From positions 4,655 through 68,654 of the forward strand of contig JAFDXN010000059.1 of the NCBI GenBank assembly GCA_018267915.1: a stretch of DNA of 64,000 nucleotides, written 5' to 3'. The DNA is from Bacteroidota bacterium. Lineage in GTDB: Bacteria > Bacteroidota > Bacteroidia > Chitinophagales > Chitinophagaceae. Below, piece by piece: positions 21,342 to 29,500 of the stretch (the stretch's first letter is position 1; each line of letters starts with the position of its first letter). A model generated the notes under the pieces. It was given only the letters and a program-made list of their open reading frames with translations, searched no databases and was not told where the DNA came from. The translations under genes were made by a program, and so were the position numbers.

Positions 21342-21857
21342 ATGAAATATTTATTATTAGCAGCACTGATGATAGCGGGGACATATGCCGTGGCGCAGAA
21401 AAGATATACAGTAACGACCGACGAGAAAACAGGCTTTTATGTTTTCAAGGGACCGATTACTTTCCGGGATCTCACAGGTGAGAAGACCTTCACATGGTTC
21501 AATGAAAGCATGCAGGATTACAAGCCGGATTACAGCGACCTGCGTTTTCTCACCGATCGTCTTGGCAATTACGACATGGTTATCTTTATGGGCACCTGGT
21601 GCGACGATTCGCACTACCTCATCCCGAAGCTGTATGCCCTGCTGAAGAAATTAAACTACCCGATAGCCAAAATACCCATGTACGGTGTCGACAGGGATAA
21701 GAATACAAACGGGGATGAAAAAGAGCGTTACAAGATCACTAAGGTTCCAACCATAATATTATACAGGGAGGGCCGCGAGATAGGCCGTATTACTGAATCG
21801 GTTGCCCAGAGCATCGAGCACGACCTGTCGGATATTATTGCGACGGATAAGCAATAA
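21342..21857 (+). CDS. Thioredoxin-fold protein (monothiol WCDDS variant), secreted
   Basis: 171 aa. Signal peptide, GTWCDDSH in place of WCxxC, and a cis-Pro region KVPT. Confidence 0.7.
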   Translation: MKYLLLAALMIAGTYAVAQKRYTVTTDEKTGFYVFKGPITFRDLTGEKTFTWFNESMQDYKPDYSDLRFLTDRLGNYDMVIFMGTWCDDSHYLIPKLYALLKKLNYPIAKIPMYGVDRDKNTNGDEKERYKITKVPTIILYREGREIGRITESVAQSIEHDLSDIIATDKQ

Positions 21858-22877
21858 TCATTTGGCAAAAGCAGGTTGCATCTGCTTAACGTCTACTTGC
21901 TCATGCATTAATTGTTCTACCACTTTCGCAGCATTGTCAGGAAAGTTGACCTTCACGCGCTCGGTTGACGTCAGCCAGCGGTGAATATCATCGTAATATT
22001 TTTTACTAAGCTGCTTAATGATGGGTACGCCCAGGCCCTCCAGTCCCGCAGCGTTGCAGTGCTGTTCGTACTGGCCTACCATCGGAATAGCCATCACTTT
22101 TTTCCCAAGATACAGCGCTTCCGCCGGCCCTTCGAAGCCGGCACCGCAAAGCACCCCTGTGCAACTGGCCATGCTCTTAATAAAAGCATCATTCTCTATC
22201 GGCTGTACTGAGATATTTTTGAAAGTAAATGCTTCCTTATTGTGCTTTGAGAATACCTGCCATTGAACAGCGCTGAAATGAGAAAGATGTTCTACCATTG
22301 TCTCGTCATCATAGGCCGGCAGGTACACGGTGTAGTGGCCTTCGTCTGTGGGTACGATGTCGCGTATCTGCTTTCGGATAACAGGTGTATGGATATTAGG
22401 TGAATAAGCAGCGAAGTGAAAGCCGTATGCTGCTGTGTGCGGTGCGTAGTGGTTAAGTACCAGGTCGCCGAACCAATCTTTTTCCCTGGGTTTTGGTGCA
22501 TTCTTATCTATCACTGCACTCTGGTGACTTAAGGCAATGCAGGGGACGTGTTTTATTTTGCAAGCCCATGCCGCTACTGCCTCAAAATCGTTGACGACGA
22601 GATCGTAATCCTGCACAGGCAGCTTACGAATGTCTTTTATCAGTTGAAAGAGCTTAACGGACTTAGTTGTTTTCCAGATGTCCACGCCGCCCTTGCTTCC
22701 AAAAATGAAGCTCAACCCGTGGAACCTATATTTTACCGGGAACGGAAAAGTGACGTCGGCCTGTATGCCACTGATTAATACGTCTACATCGCCGTATTTG
22801 GCTAGCTCAGGGTAGATATCCCGCGCGCGGCTTAAGTGGCCGTTGCCGGTACCCTGGATCGCGAAGAGTATTTTCAC
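21858..22877 (-). CDS. Glycosyltransferase (GT28/MurG-like fold, uncharacterised family)
   Basis: 339 aa. N-terminal MKILFAIQGTGNGHLSRA is a Gly-rich loop typical of GT-B enzymes. Adjacent to the LpxH-like gene. Confidence 0.7.
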   Translation of the reverse strand: MKILFAIQGTGNGHLSRARDIYPELAKYGDVDVLISGIQADVTFPFPVKYRFHGLSFIFGSKGGVDIWKTTKSVKLFQLIKDIRKLPVQDYDLVVNDFEAVAAWACKIKHVPCIALSHQSAVIDKNAPKPREKDWFGDLVLNHYAPHTAAYGFHFAAYSPNIHTPVIRKQIRDIVPTDEGHYTVYLPAYDDETMVEHLSHFSAVQWQVFSKHNKEAFTFKNISVQPIENDAFIKSMASCTGVLCGAGFEGPAEALYLGKKVMAIPMVGQYEQHCNAAGLEGLGVPIIKQLSKKYYDDIHRWLTSTERVKVNFPDNAAKVVEQLMHEQVDVKQMQPAFAK

Positions 22878-22894
22878 AAGTCTGAGTATTTACT

Positions 22895-23788
22895 TTATGC
22901 AGCTTCCATAGAGTCAGCGATACCACTTATTGTGCTGCTCTGGCTGCCCTTTACCATATTCAATTCCTGCATCAGGCTCACCATCATCTCTTTCGATGTT
23001 TCTTTGGCCTGCTTCTTTTTTTCTATATCCACTGCCTGCGCTACAGGATCTTCCAGGTATTTATAAACGGTCCATTTGCCGTCTGTGTATTCAAGAGATG
23101 TTAAATTCTCTATCCAGTCACCGCTGTTCAGGTAAGTGATAGTGCCGTGGGGAGTATCGATGTTTCTTATTTCCGGCTGGTGTATGTGGCCGCAGATCAC
23201 AAAATCGTAGTTGTTTTCGGCAGCTATACCGCATACAGTATCTTCAAATTTATTGATGAATTTTACTGCGCCCTTCACACTGTTTTTTATTTTCTTCGAG
23301 AGCGATATTTTACCCTTGCCCAGTTGCTGTGAGATAAAATTTACGAAGCGGTTGATGAGTATCAGGGTATCATATCCTACGGCGCCTAGTTTAGCCAACC
23401 ATTTACTATGCTGCATCACCACGTCGAATACATCCCCGTGGAAGATCCATACGTTGGCTCCGTCTATCTTCAAAGAAAGCTTATTAGTGATTTTCAGAGA
23501 ACCTACCTGGAAGTCTTTGAAACGCCTCAGCATTTCGTCGTGGTTGCCCGGTATGTAGTACACCGGCACTTCTTTGGCGATCAGGCCCACAAGATGCTTT
23601 ACCACCATCATGTGTGTTACAGGCCAGTATCTTTTTTTAAATTGCCAGATGTCGATGATGTCCCCATTCAGGATCACCGCCTTTGGTTTAATACTTTTCA
23701 GATATTGAAGTAGCTCTTTTGCGTGACATCCGTATGTTCCAAGATGTATGTCCGAAAGCACTACAATATCCACCTCTCTTTTCGACAT
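22895..23788 (-). CDS. UDP-2,3-diacylglucosamine diphosphatase-like metallophosphoesterase (LpxH family)
   Basis: 297 aa. Calcineurin-like motifs LSDIHLG, NGDIIDIW, GNHD and GHIH. Confidence 0.8.
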   Translation of the reverse strand: MSKREVDIVVLSDIHLGTYGCHAKELLQYLKSIKPKAVILNGDIIDIWQFKKRYWPVTHMMVVKHLVGLIAKEVPVYYIPGNHDEMLRRFKDFQVGSLKITNKLSLKIDGANVWIFHGDVFDVVMQHSKWLAKLGAVGYDTLILINRFVNFISQQLGKGKISLSKKIKNSVKGAVKFINKFEDTVCGIAAENNYDFVICGHIHQPEIRNIDTPHGTITYLNSGDWIENLTSLEYTDGKWTVYKYLEDPVAQAVDIEKKKQAKETSKEMMVSLMQELNMVKGSQSSTISGIADSMEAA

Positions 23789-23890
23789 TCTGTTTGCTCC
23801 GATGAAGCTTTTGGTTATACAAAATGACGAAACGAATATGAATATAATATTAAGCCGACCTTAATGTATTGTTAATTCAGCATGCGGCCG

Positions 23891-25360
23891 TCATTCTTTC
23901 AAGAGCTCTTCGATCTTGCCGGCCAGCGCGTCGCCGAAACGGGGTAACGGTACTTCGCCTGCTCCTGTAGCGAACCTTCCCTGTTTGTCTATCAGGAAGA
24001 ATGTTGGTACTGATTGTATTCCGTATAGTTCTGCGAGCATCGATTTCCACCCGTTTACATGGGTATGCATACCTGATATCTTGTACTTGTCGATATAAGC
24101 TTTCCATACCTGGTCGTTTCCATCTATCGATACAAAGACAAATGCAGCTCCGCTATCCTTGAACCGGTTAAAAAGTTTATTGGTGAGCTTCAAATCCAGG
24201 ATGCCCTGCTCGTAATCCCCAGACCAGAAGCAAAGCAATATTACCTTGCCTTTGAGCTCAGATAATTTCACAACCGCCCCCTGGGGTGTGCTGATAGTGA
24301 AGTCCATCGCTTTTTCCCCCTTCGCAAGACGCTTCATAATAGCCAGTTGCTGTTGTATGGGCGTCAGGTACTGGCTACCTGGCCAGCGCTCCCTGAAGAT
24401 CTCGAGCAAATGTTCTGTCCTTGCTATCGACTGATGGCGCACGTTGCTATAAATAAGTGATGCCATGCTGTACTCCATAGTCATCGGCAGCATTTTCATA
24501 AAATACAGGGTTATGAGACTATCGTCTTGCCTGAACCGCTGCGATTCCGTTCCCTCCTGCAGGTTACTATATCCATCCGCATCCAATTTCATTCTGTAGA
24601 GCTGGTCCAGGTACATCCTGTAGGTGGGAACATACAATATCGAATCGTTGAACAGGTCGGGTATATCCCTGACTATTGCATAATTGGAGGGTCTTACCTG
24701 CCTCACGTAATAGTTCTTTTGCAATGCCATTTCATGAAGTAGCGGGTACTGCAGCATGGCAAAGTAACTGTAGAAATGGTAGTAGTTTACCCAGAAGTGC
24801 ACGAAATCCGTAGGCAGGCCACTCATGTGCTCGTTCAGGTAGGCTACCTCTGCTTGTTCCAGGTCGGCCATGGCCTTTTTGAAGGTCGGTGCAGTGTCTG
24901 CAAAGCGGGGCTGCATAGGTACCAGGTAATTTTCCATCAGGCCCCGGTTCATTGCATGCGCAGCCACAAAACCTGCTACGATATTGCCGTCTCCTTTATA
25001 GTGTATGGTGCTGTCAAATCGTTTCCCTTCTGCACCAAGCTCCAGGTCAAAGCCATCTGTGACAACCAGGTCGCTTTTACGGCCGGCGTACTTCAACGCC
25101 AGGATCGTGTATTTTTCAGGTATCTCAAATGAAGTGCTGAAGCTACCATCCCTGTTAAGGTGTAGCGCTATTTCTACCGGGTCATAGGCGAGCCTGCTGT
25201 TATTGTAACTAATGTAAATGCTATCGGCGACGGGCATGAATATTTTGCCATGTAAGGCAACATGTCCCCCGGCCATGCAGAATAAGGGCAGAACGGCCAA
25301 GGCTAAAAATGAAAAATACCGCTTCAAAATGTTGCTTTTAGTACAGGCAATATAGCGCAT
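23891..25360 (-). CDS. TlpA/AhpC-like thioredoxin-fold protein with long N-terminal domain; CXXC motif absent
   Basis: 489 aa. Signal peptide and a C-terminal Trx fold (GKVILLCFWSGDYEQG ... IQSVPTFFLIDKQGRF). The position of WCxxC reads WSGDY. Confidence 0.7.
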   Translation of the reverse strand: MRYIACTKSNILKRYFSFLALAVLPLFCMAGGHVALHGKIFMPVADSIYISYNNSRLAYDPVEIALHLNRDGSFSTSFEIPEKYTILALKYAGRKSDLVVTDGFDLELGAEGKRFDSTIHYKGDGNIVAGFVAAHAMNRGLMENYLVPMQPRFADTAPTFKKAMADLEQAEVAYLNEHMSGLPTDFVHFWVNYYHFYSYFAMLQYPLLHEMALQKNYYVRQVRPSNYAIVRDIPDLFNDSILYVPTYRMYLDQLYRMKLDADGYSNLQEGTESQRFRQDDSLITLYFMKMLPMTMEYSMASLIYSNVRHQSIARTEHLLEIFRERWPGSQYLTPIQQQLAIMKRLAKGEKAMDFTISTPQGAVVKLSELKGKVILLCFWSGDYEQGILDLKLTNKLFNRFKDSGAAFVFVSIDGNDQVWKAYIDKYKISGMHTHVNGWKSMLAELYGIQSVPTFFLIDKQGRFATGAGEVPLPRFGDALAGKIEELLKE

Positions 25361-25374
25361 TGAATGTAAATAAT

Positions 25375-25410
25375 AATAAAAAAGGAGGGCTGCCGGTTAA
25401 GACAGCCCTT
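25375..25410 (-). terminator. Rho-independent terminator after the homocysteine methyltransferase gene
   Basis: The minus strand has a 7-bp stem agggctg/cagccct followed by CCTTTTTT. Confidence 0.65.
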
Positions 25411-25436
25411 TGTGTATAATCGTTTGAGAAATACTG

Positions 25437-26462
25437 TTAAAGTGCTGCCACAAGTTCGGGTAATGGCCTCGGGGCATGTTGCTTTACAGCCTGGGCAATG
25501 GCCTTAATATGAGCAGGTGTGGTGCCGCAGCAGCCCCCCACCAGGTTCACCCAGCCCTCTGCCGCGAAACCTGCAACTATCGCAGCTGTTTCTTCAGGTG
25601 TCTCATCATACTCACCCATGGTATTGGGAAGGCCTGCATTCGGGTAGCAACTAACGAATGTAGGCGCTATCTGTGCCAGTTCTTCCACATGCGGACGCAT
25701 TTGTGCCGCACCCAATGCACAGTTGAGGCCAATGCTCAAGGGTTCAGCGTGCATCACCGAAATCATAAAGGCTTCCAGTGTCTGCCCGCTCAAGGTACGG
25801 CCGGAAGCATCTGTGATAGTGCCCGATATCATTACAGGTACTTTACCGCGCAGGTTATATTCGCGCAGGTATTTGTTGATGGCAAATATTGCCGCTTTTG
25901 CATTGAGCGTGTCAAAGATGGTCTCTACAAGCAGTATGTCTGCTCCTCCATCCATAAGGCCGCGCACCTGGTCGTAATAGGCTTTCTCCGCTTCGTCGAA
26001 GGTCATAGCCCTGTAGCCTGGGTTATTCACATCCGGTGACAGGGATAGCGTTTTATTCATTGGGCCCAGGGCGCCTGCTACATATTTTTTGTGGCCAGGG
26101 TTTGCGCTCATATATGCCTCCACAGCTTGTTTGGCTATTCTCGCAGCCGCATGATTTATCTCGTACGACAGCGCCTGCATACCATAGTCAGCCAGTGAAA
26201 TGGCCTGTGCATTGAAAGTATTGGTCTCAATAATATCGGCGCCCGCTTCCAGGTACTCGAGGTGTATGCTGCGGATGATATCCGGCTGTGTGAGACAGAG
26301 CAGGTCATTGTTGCCCTTCAGGTCTGTAGGCCATTCGGCAAATCGGGTGCCCCGGTAATCGGCTTCACTAAGTTTATAACGCTGTATCATAGTGCCCATG
26401 GCACCGTCTATGATCACGATCCGTTCATCTAACAGGCGTTTCAGCTCGCTTATGGTATTCAT
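25437..26462 (-). CDS. Homocysteine S-methyltransferase domain protein (stand-alone MetH N-terminal Hcy-binding module)
   Basis: 341 aa. [22 protein letters not shown], and the Zn-ligand cysteines in GLNCALG and GGCCGTTP. No pterin, B12 or AdoMet domains follow. Confidence 0.9.
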   Translation of the reverse strand: MNTISELKRLLDERIVIIDGAMGTMIQRYKLSEADYRGTRFAEWPTDLKGNNDLLCLTQPDIIRSIHLEYLEAGADIIETNTFNAQAISLADYGMQALSYEINHAAARIAKQAVEAYMSANPGHKKYVAGALGPMNKTLSLSPDVNNPGYRAMTFDEAEKAYYDQVRGLMDGGADILLVETIFDTLNAKAAIFAINKYLREYNLRGKVPVMISGTITDASGRTLSGQTLEAFMISVMHAEPLSIGLNCALGAAQMRPHVEELAQIAPTFVSCYPNAGLPNTMGEYDETPEETAAIVAGFAAEGWVNLVGGCCGTTPAHIKAIAQAVKQHAPRPLPELVAAL

Positions 26463-26587
26463 AAGGCAAAATTAACCATTAATCTCTTATAAATCCCGCT
26501 TCGGGCCTATAAGCACCTGCTCGGCATGTTGTGGCCAAACCAATGACGCCGATATTACGTCTTTAAGATCAGAACCTAAATGCCATC

Positions 26588-28186
26588 ATGATGTTGAAGA
26601 GAATTTTTATCATTTGTTGTGTTTTGTTTGCTTTCGGGACAAATGCACAGTCTGGCCCGCAATGGCGGTGGGGTAAGTCGGACACTTCCATTGTTTTCCA
26701 GGTCAATCCAGCATATATCAAAACGGTTGTTGCCTCCGGTAACAACAAAATGCTGTGGGGCACGCTTCAGACAGATAAGATGAACCTGAACGAGGCCAAT
26801 GGAGATTACAGCCTTGCCGAATTCGACACCTCCGGTAATCAATTGAACAGTACCACAATTACGGGTACTTTACATCTTATCAGCGTTAAAGCCGATGATG
26901 CGGGTAACTGGTATGTAATGGGCCAGTATTACGATAGCCTGCACTTTGCAAATGGTCTTGATGCTACGCGTAATCCGTCGTTGACGTCGCCTGATTACTT
27001 TATAGCCCGTTTCGATGCCGGCAGCCTTGCGCTTCATTGGTTCAAGCATGTGGGTGCTGAGGAAGGTTGCAGCAGCGGCGCATTTACCATACGGAACAAC
27101 GCGTTGTATGTTAGCATGGATTCCTCAGGCGCCGCAACCAAACTTTTTAAGATGGACCTGCAAACAGGCGACCGCACGGATCTCTGGACACAGAACGGGC
27201 AAAGCATCACTTCCTCTATTGAGGTAGATAGCCATGGCAATATCTACCTGGCAGGTTCTTGTGCTTTCAGTGGTGTAGATTTCAATGGTCACGTTGAATC
27301 AGGCGCTTCGGGATACCCCGTGTATATCGTGCGCTATAAAGCCAATGGCCAATTCGACTGGTCGCATTGGATGGCCGATGTTACTTGTGTCGATCGCGCG
27401 CTCATCCTGGCTTCCGACAATTCAATTTATTACAGCGGCAATGTGCACGACACATTCAGCCTTGCCGGGCACAACTTCCACCATCCGGCGTGGGTCTACG
27501 ACTTTATGATATCAGCGCTCGATAGCAGCGGCCACCTGAACTGGGCAAGACAATTGAATGACACATTGGGCGGAGATGCCGATATTACTAACCAGTATCA
27601 CAGCGTCCTTGCAACAGATGGTTCGGTATATATTGCCTATAGCCACCGCGGGTTCATCGATTGGGGCAATAACGTTATAATCAATACCGGTCTTAATTCT
27701 TCCGCTGCGGTACTGAAAATAGATGCAGCAGGTGATGCGGCATGGGTGCTTCATGGTATAGCAGATGAAAGTTTCCCCGAGCAGATCACAGCCGACGGCA
27801 ATAATGTCTGGATCACAGGGCTGGGCTATGACAGCTCTTCATTGGACTTCGGCACTGTTTCTTTGCCGGTCTCGTATCAGCACTATACGCCGTTCGTGGT
27901 CAGGATCGGAAACGCTGCTGTCACCGGAATACCTTCAGTGCAAACGGACGCTGACGTTCAAATTGTACCTAACCCTGCTCACGACTACATCCGTGTGGTA
28001 AATGCCGGTTTGCAGGGCAGCGCACAGGTATCTGTAAAAGATGTAACGGGTAGGCTCATCCGCCACTGCAGTATCGATATGGCTACCAGCCCTACGATTA
28101 GTATCAGTGGAATAAACACCGGACTCTACTTTGTGGAAATAAAAGCGCCGGGATTCAGCAGAACTCAGAAAATGTTTTTTCGATAG
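26588..28186 (+). CDS. Secreted beta-propeller-like protein with T9SS type-A C-terminal sorting domain
   Basis: 532 aa. Signal peptide ending NAQ. The C-terminus VPNPAHDYIRV...GLYFVEIKAPGFSRTQKMFF matches the Por/T9SS CTD pattern. Confidence 0.8.
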   Translation: MMLKRIFIICCVLFAFGTNAQSGPQWRWGKSDTSIVFQVNPAYIKTVVASGNNKMLWGTLQTDKMNLNEANGDYSLAEFDTSGNQLNSTTITGTLHLISVKADDAGNWYVMGQYYDSLHFANGLDATRNPSLTSPDYFIARFDAGSLALHWFKHVGAEEGCSSGAFTIRNNALYVSMDSSGAATKLFKMDLQTGDRTDLWTQNGQSITSSIEVDSHGNIYLAGSCAFSGVDFNGHVESGASGYPVYIVRYKANGQFDWSHWMADVTCVDRALILASDNSIYYSGNVHDTFSLAGHNFHHPAWVYDFMISALDSSGHLNWARQLNDTLGGDADITNQYHSVLATDGSVYIAYSHRGFIDWGNNVIINTGLNSSAAVLKIDAAGDAAWVLHGIADESFPEQITADGNNVWITGLGYDSSSLDFGTVSLPVSYQHYTPFVVRIGNAAVTGIPSVQTDADVQIVPNPAHDYIRVVNAGLQGSAQVSVKDVTGRLIRHCSIDMATSPTISISGINTGLYFVEIKAPGFSRTQKMFFR

Positions 28187-28225
28187 GGAACTGTACAGGT
28201 AATAATTGTACAGGCATAGGAAAAG

Positions 28226-28259
28226 TAGCACAGGTGTCCACCTGTGCTATGATTTTTTT
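28226..28259 (+). terminator. Rho-independent terminator
   Basis: Perfect 11-bp stem tagcacaggtg/cacctgtgcta with a very short loop, followed by a T7 run. Confidence 0.8.
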
Positions 28260-28265
28260 GCACTG

Positions 28266-28571
28266 CTAACGTTCCCAGTTGGTCTTATATTTCCTCAACC
28301 GGTTACTGGCACGTTCCAGTTTACCAACCACTACCTCACGCTGGTGGGCGGTCCACACGCCTTCTGCGTCATACTTGTCGATGGCATACTTTATCGCATC
28401 CTGTTCGTCCATGAGCTTTATATACTCCCGCTCAGTCACCTTGTGATGCCTGTAAGCCGCTTTTATAGACCTCTCCTGTTCTTTCTGTTCAGACCTGTAG
28501 CGGGCTGCCTGTGCGTAGATACCTGTTGTGAAAAAAAGTATTGCAGCTAAGAATAGTAATATCTTTTTCAT
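28266..28571 (-). CDS. Small secreted alpha-helical hypothetical protein
   Basis: 101 aa. Signal peptide MKKILLFLAAILFFTTGIYAQ, then a charged helical sequence. No known motif. Confidence 0.55.
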   Translation of the reverse strand: MKKILLFLAAILFFTTGIYAQAARYRSEQKEQERSIKAAYRHHKVTEREYIKLMDEQDAIKYAIDKYDAEGVWTAHQREVVVGKLERASNRLRKYKTNWER

Positions 28572-28743
28572 AAAGTAAAATTAGAGAATTGCAACAATTT
28601 TAGAAAAGAGAAAGGGGAGTGAGACTTTTAGTGTCACTCCCCGGGAGGAATAATGAGAGATTTCAAGAGAGGAAATTTAAAATTTATCTTCGCCTACATA
28701 GTATATAGAATCGTGCCAGCCTTCGCCAGGCAATGCATCAAAT

Positions 28744-28779
28744 AAAAAAGCGCAGGCATTTTAAGACCTGCGCTTTTTC
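28744..28779. terminator. Bidirectional rho-independent terminator
   Basis: 8-bp stem agcgcagg/cctgcgct flanked by an A6 run on the left and a T5 run on the right. It lies 15 nt downstream of the stop of the 28794..29456 gene. Confidence 0.75.
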
Positions 28780-28793
28780 TAAACCCTTCATTA

Positions 28794-29456
28794 TCAGTCC
28801 TTATCTTCAGTTTTGCAGTCGTTGATGAAGTAAGCTGTTTCCTTTTTTCCCCAGCTTGGTTTGAGGATGTCATCGCTGTTTTCCTTGGCGAACAGTTCAT
28901 TGGCTTTCTCAAAATAGGGAAGTGCGGCTTTTTTACCCCCGCCGAACATCTTGGGTGTAAAGCGCTTGCTGGTGCCCTGCAGGTAATACATGCGTGGGTT
29001 GTTCGGATTTAATTCTTTTGCCTTGTCCATATTCTCCGCAAATATCTTTCCGTACTTCTGCCAGCGGCTGGCACCATCGACGCCCAGGCGGGCATTGGCT
29101 ATAAAGGCAGCAAGCACATAGGTCTCGTCGGTCGGTTTGTTGCCCATTGCACTCATCATGTCGTCGTATTCCTTTTCAGCTTCATCTACATAGGCATCCC
29201 TTTTGGCTGCTTCAAGGCCGTTGGTGTATGAGAGGATCACCTTGCTCAACGAGGCATAATAGTGCGCCATTGCTTCATTATTCCATTTTTTTGCTATCAG
29301 TGTCAGCTTATTGCTGGCCTCGATCTGCTTTTGTGGGTCTTTGGTCTCGTCAAAGGCGGTAAAAGTTTTTTGCAGCGTTGACTTGAAATCCTGCCCATGC
29401 GCTGTATTGATAAACAAGAAGGCGATTGTGGCTACTGCTAAGATGAGTGTTCTCAT
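28794..29456 (-). CDS. Secreted helical-repeat (TPR-like) hypothetical protein downstream of the TonB-dependent receptor
   Basis: 220 aa from ATG 29456. Signal peptide MRTLILAVATIAFLFINTAHGQ. The longer track ORF (to 29681) overlaps the receptor gene and was rejected. Confidence 0.6.
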   Translation of the reverse strand: MRTLILAVATIAFLFINTAHGQDFKSTLQKTFTAFDETKDPQKQIEASNKLTLIAKKWNNEAMAHYYASLSKVILSYTNGLEAAKRDAYVDEAEKEYDDMMSAMGNKPTDETYVLAAFIANARLGVDGASRWQKYGKIFAENMDKAKELNPNNPRMYYLQGTSKRFTPKMFGGGKKAALPYFEKANELFAKENSDDILKPSWGKKETAYFINDCKTEDKD

Positions 29457-29500
29457 TGTTGTTTTATTTGTGTTCAAAATTGTTTTTGCTCGTTTTGCTT

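Noticed and set aside
26463-26587. SAM riboswitch upstream of the homocysteine methyltransferase gene.
   Set aside because: No SAM-I core (CUUAUCAAGAG...GGC...) is present, and I cannot recognise a SAM-II pseudoknot. The best promoter box abuts the ATG, which leaves no leader for a riboswitch.
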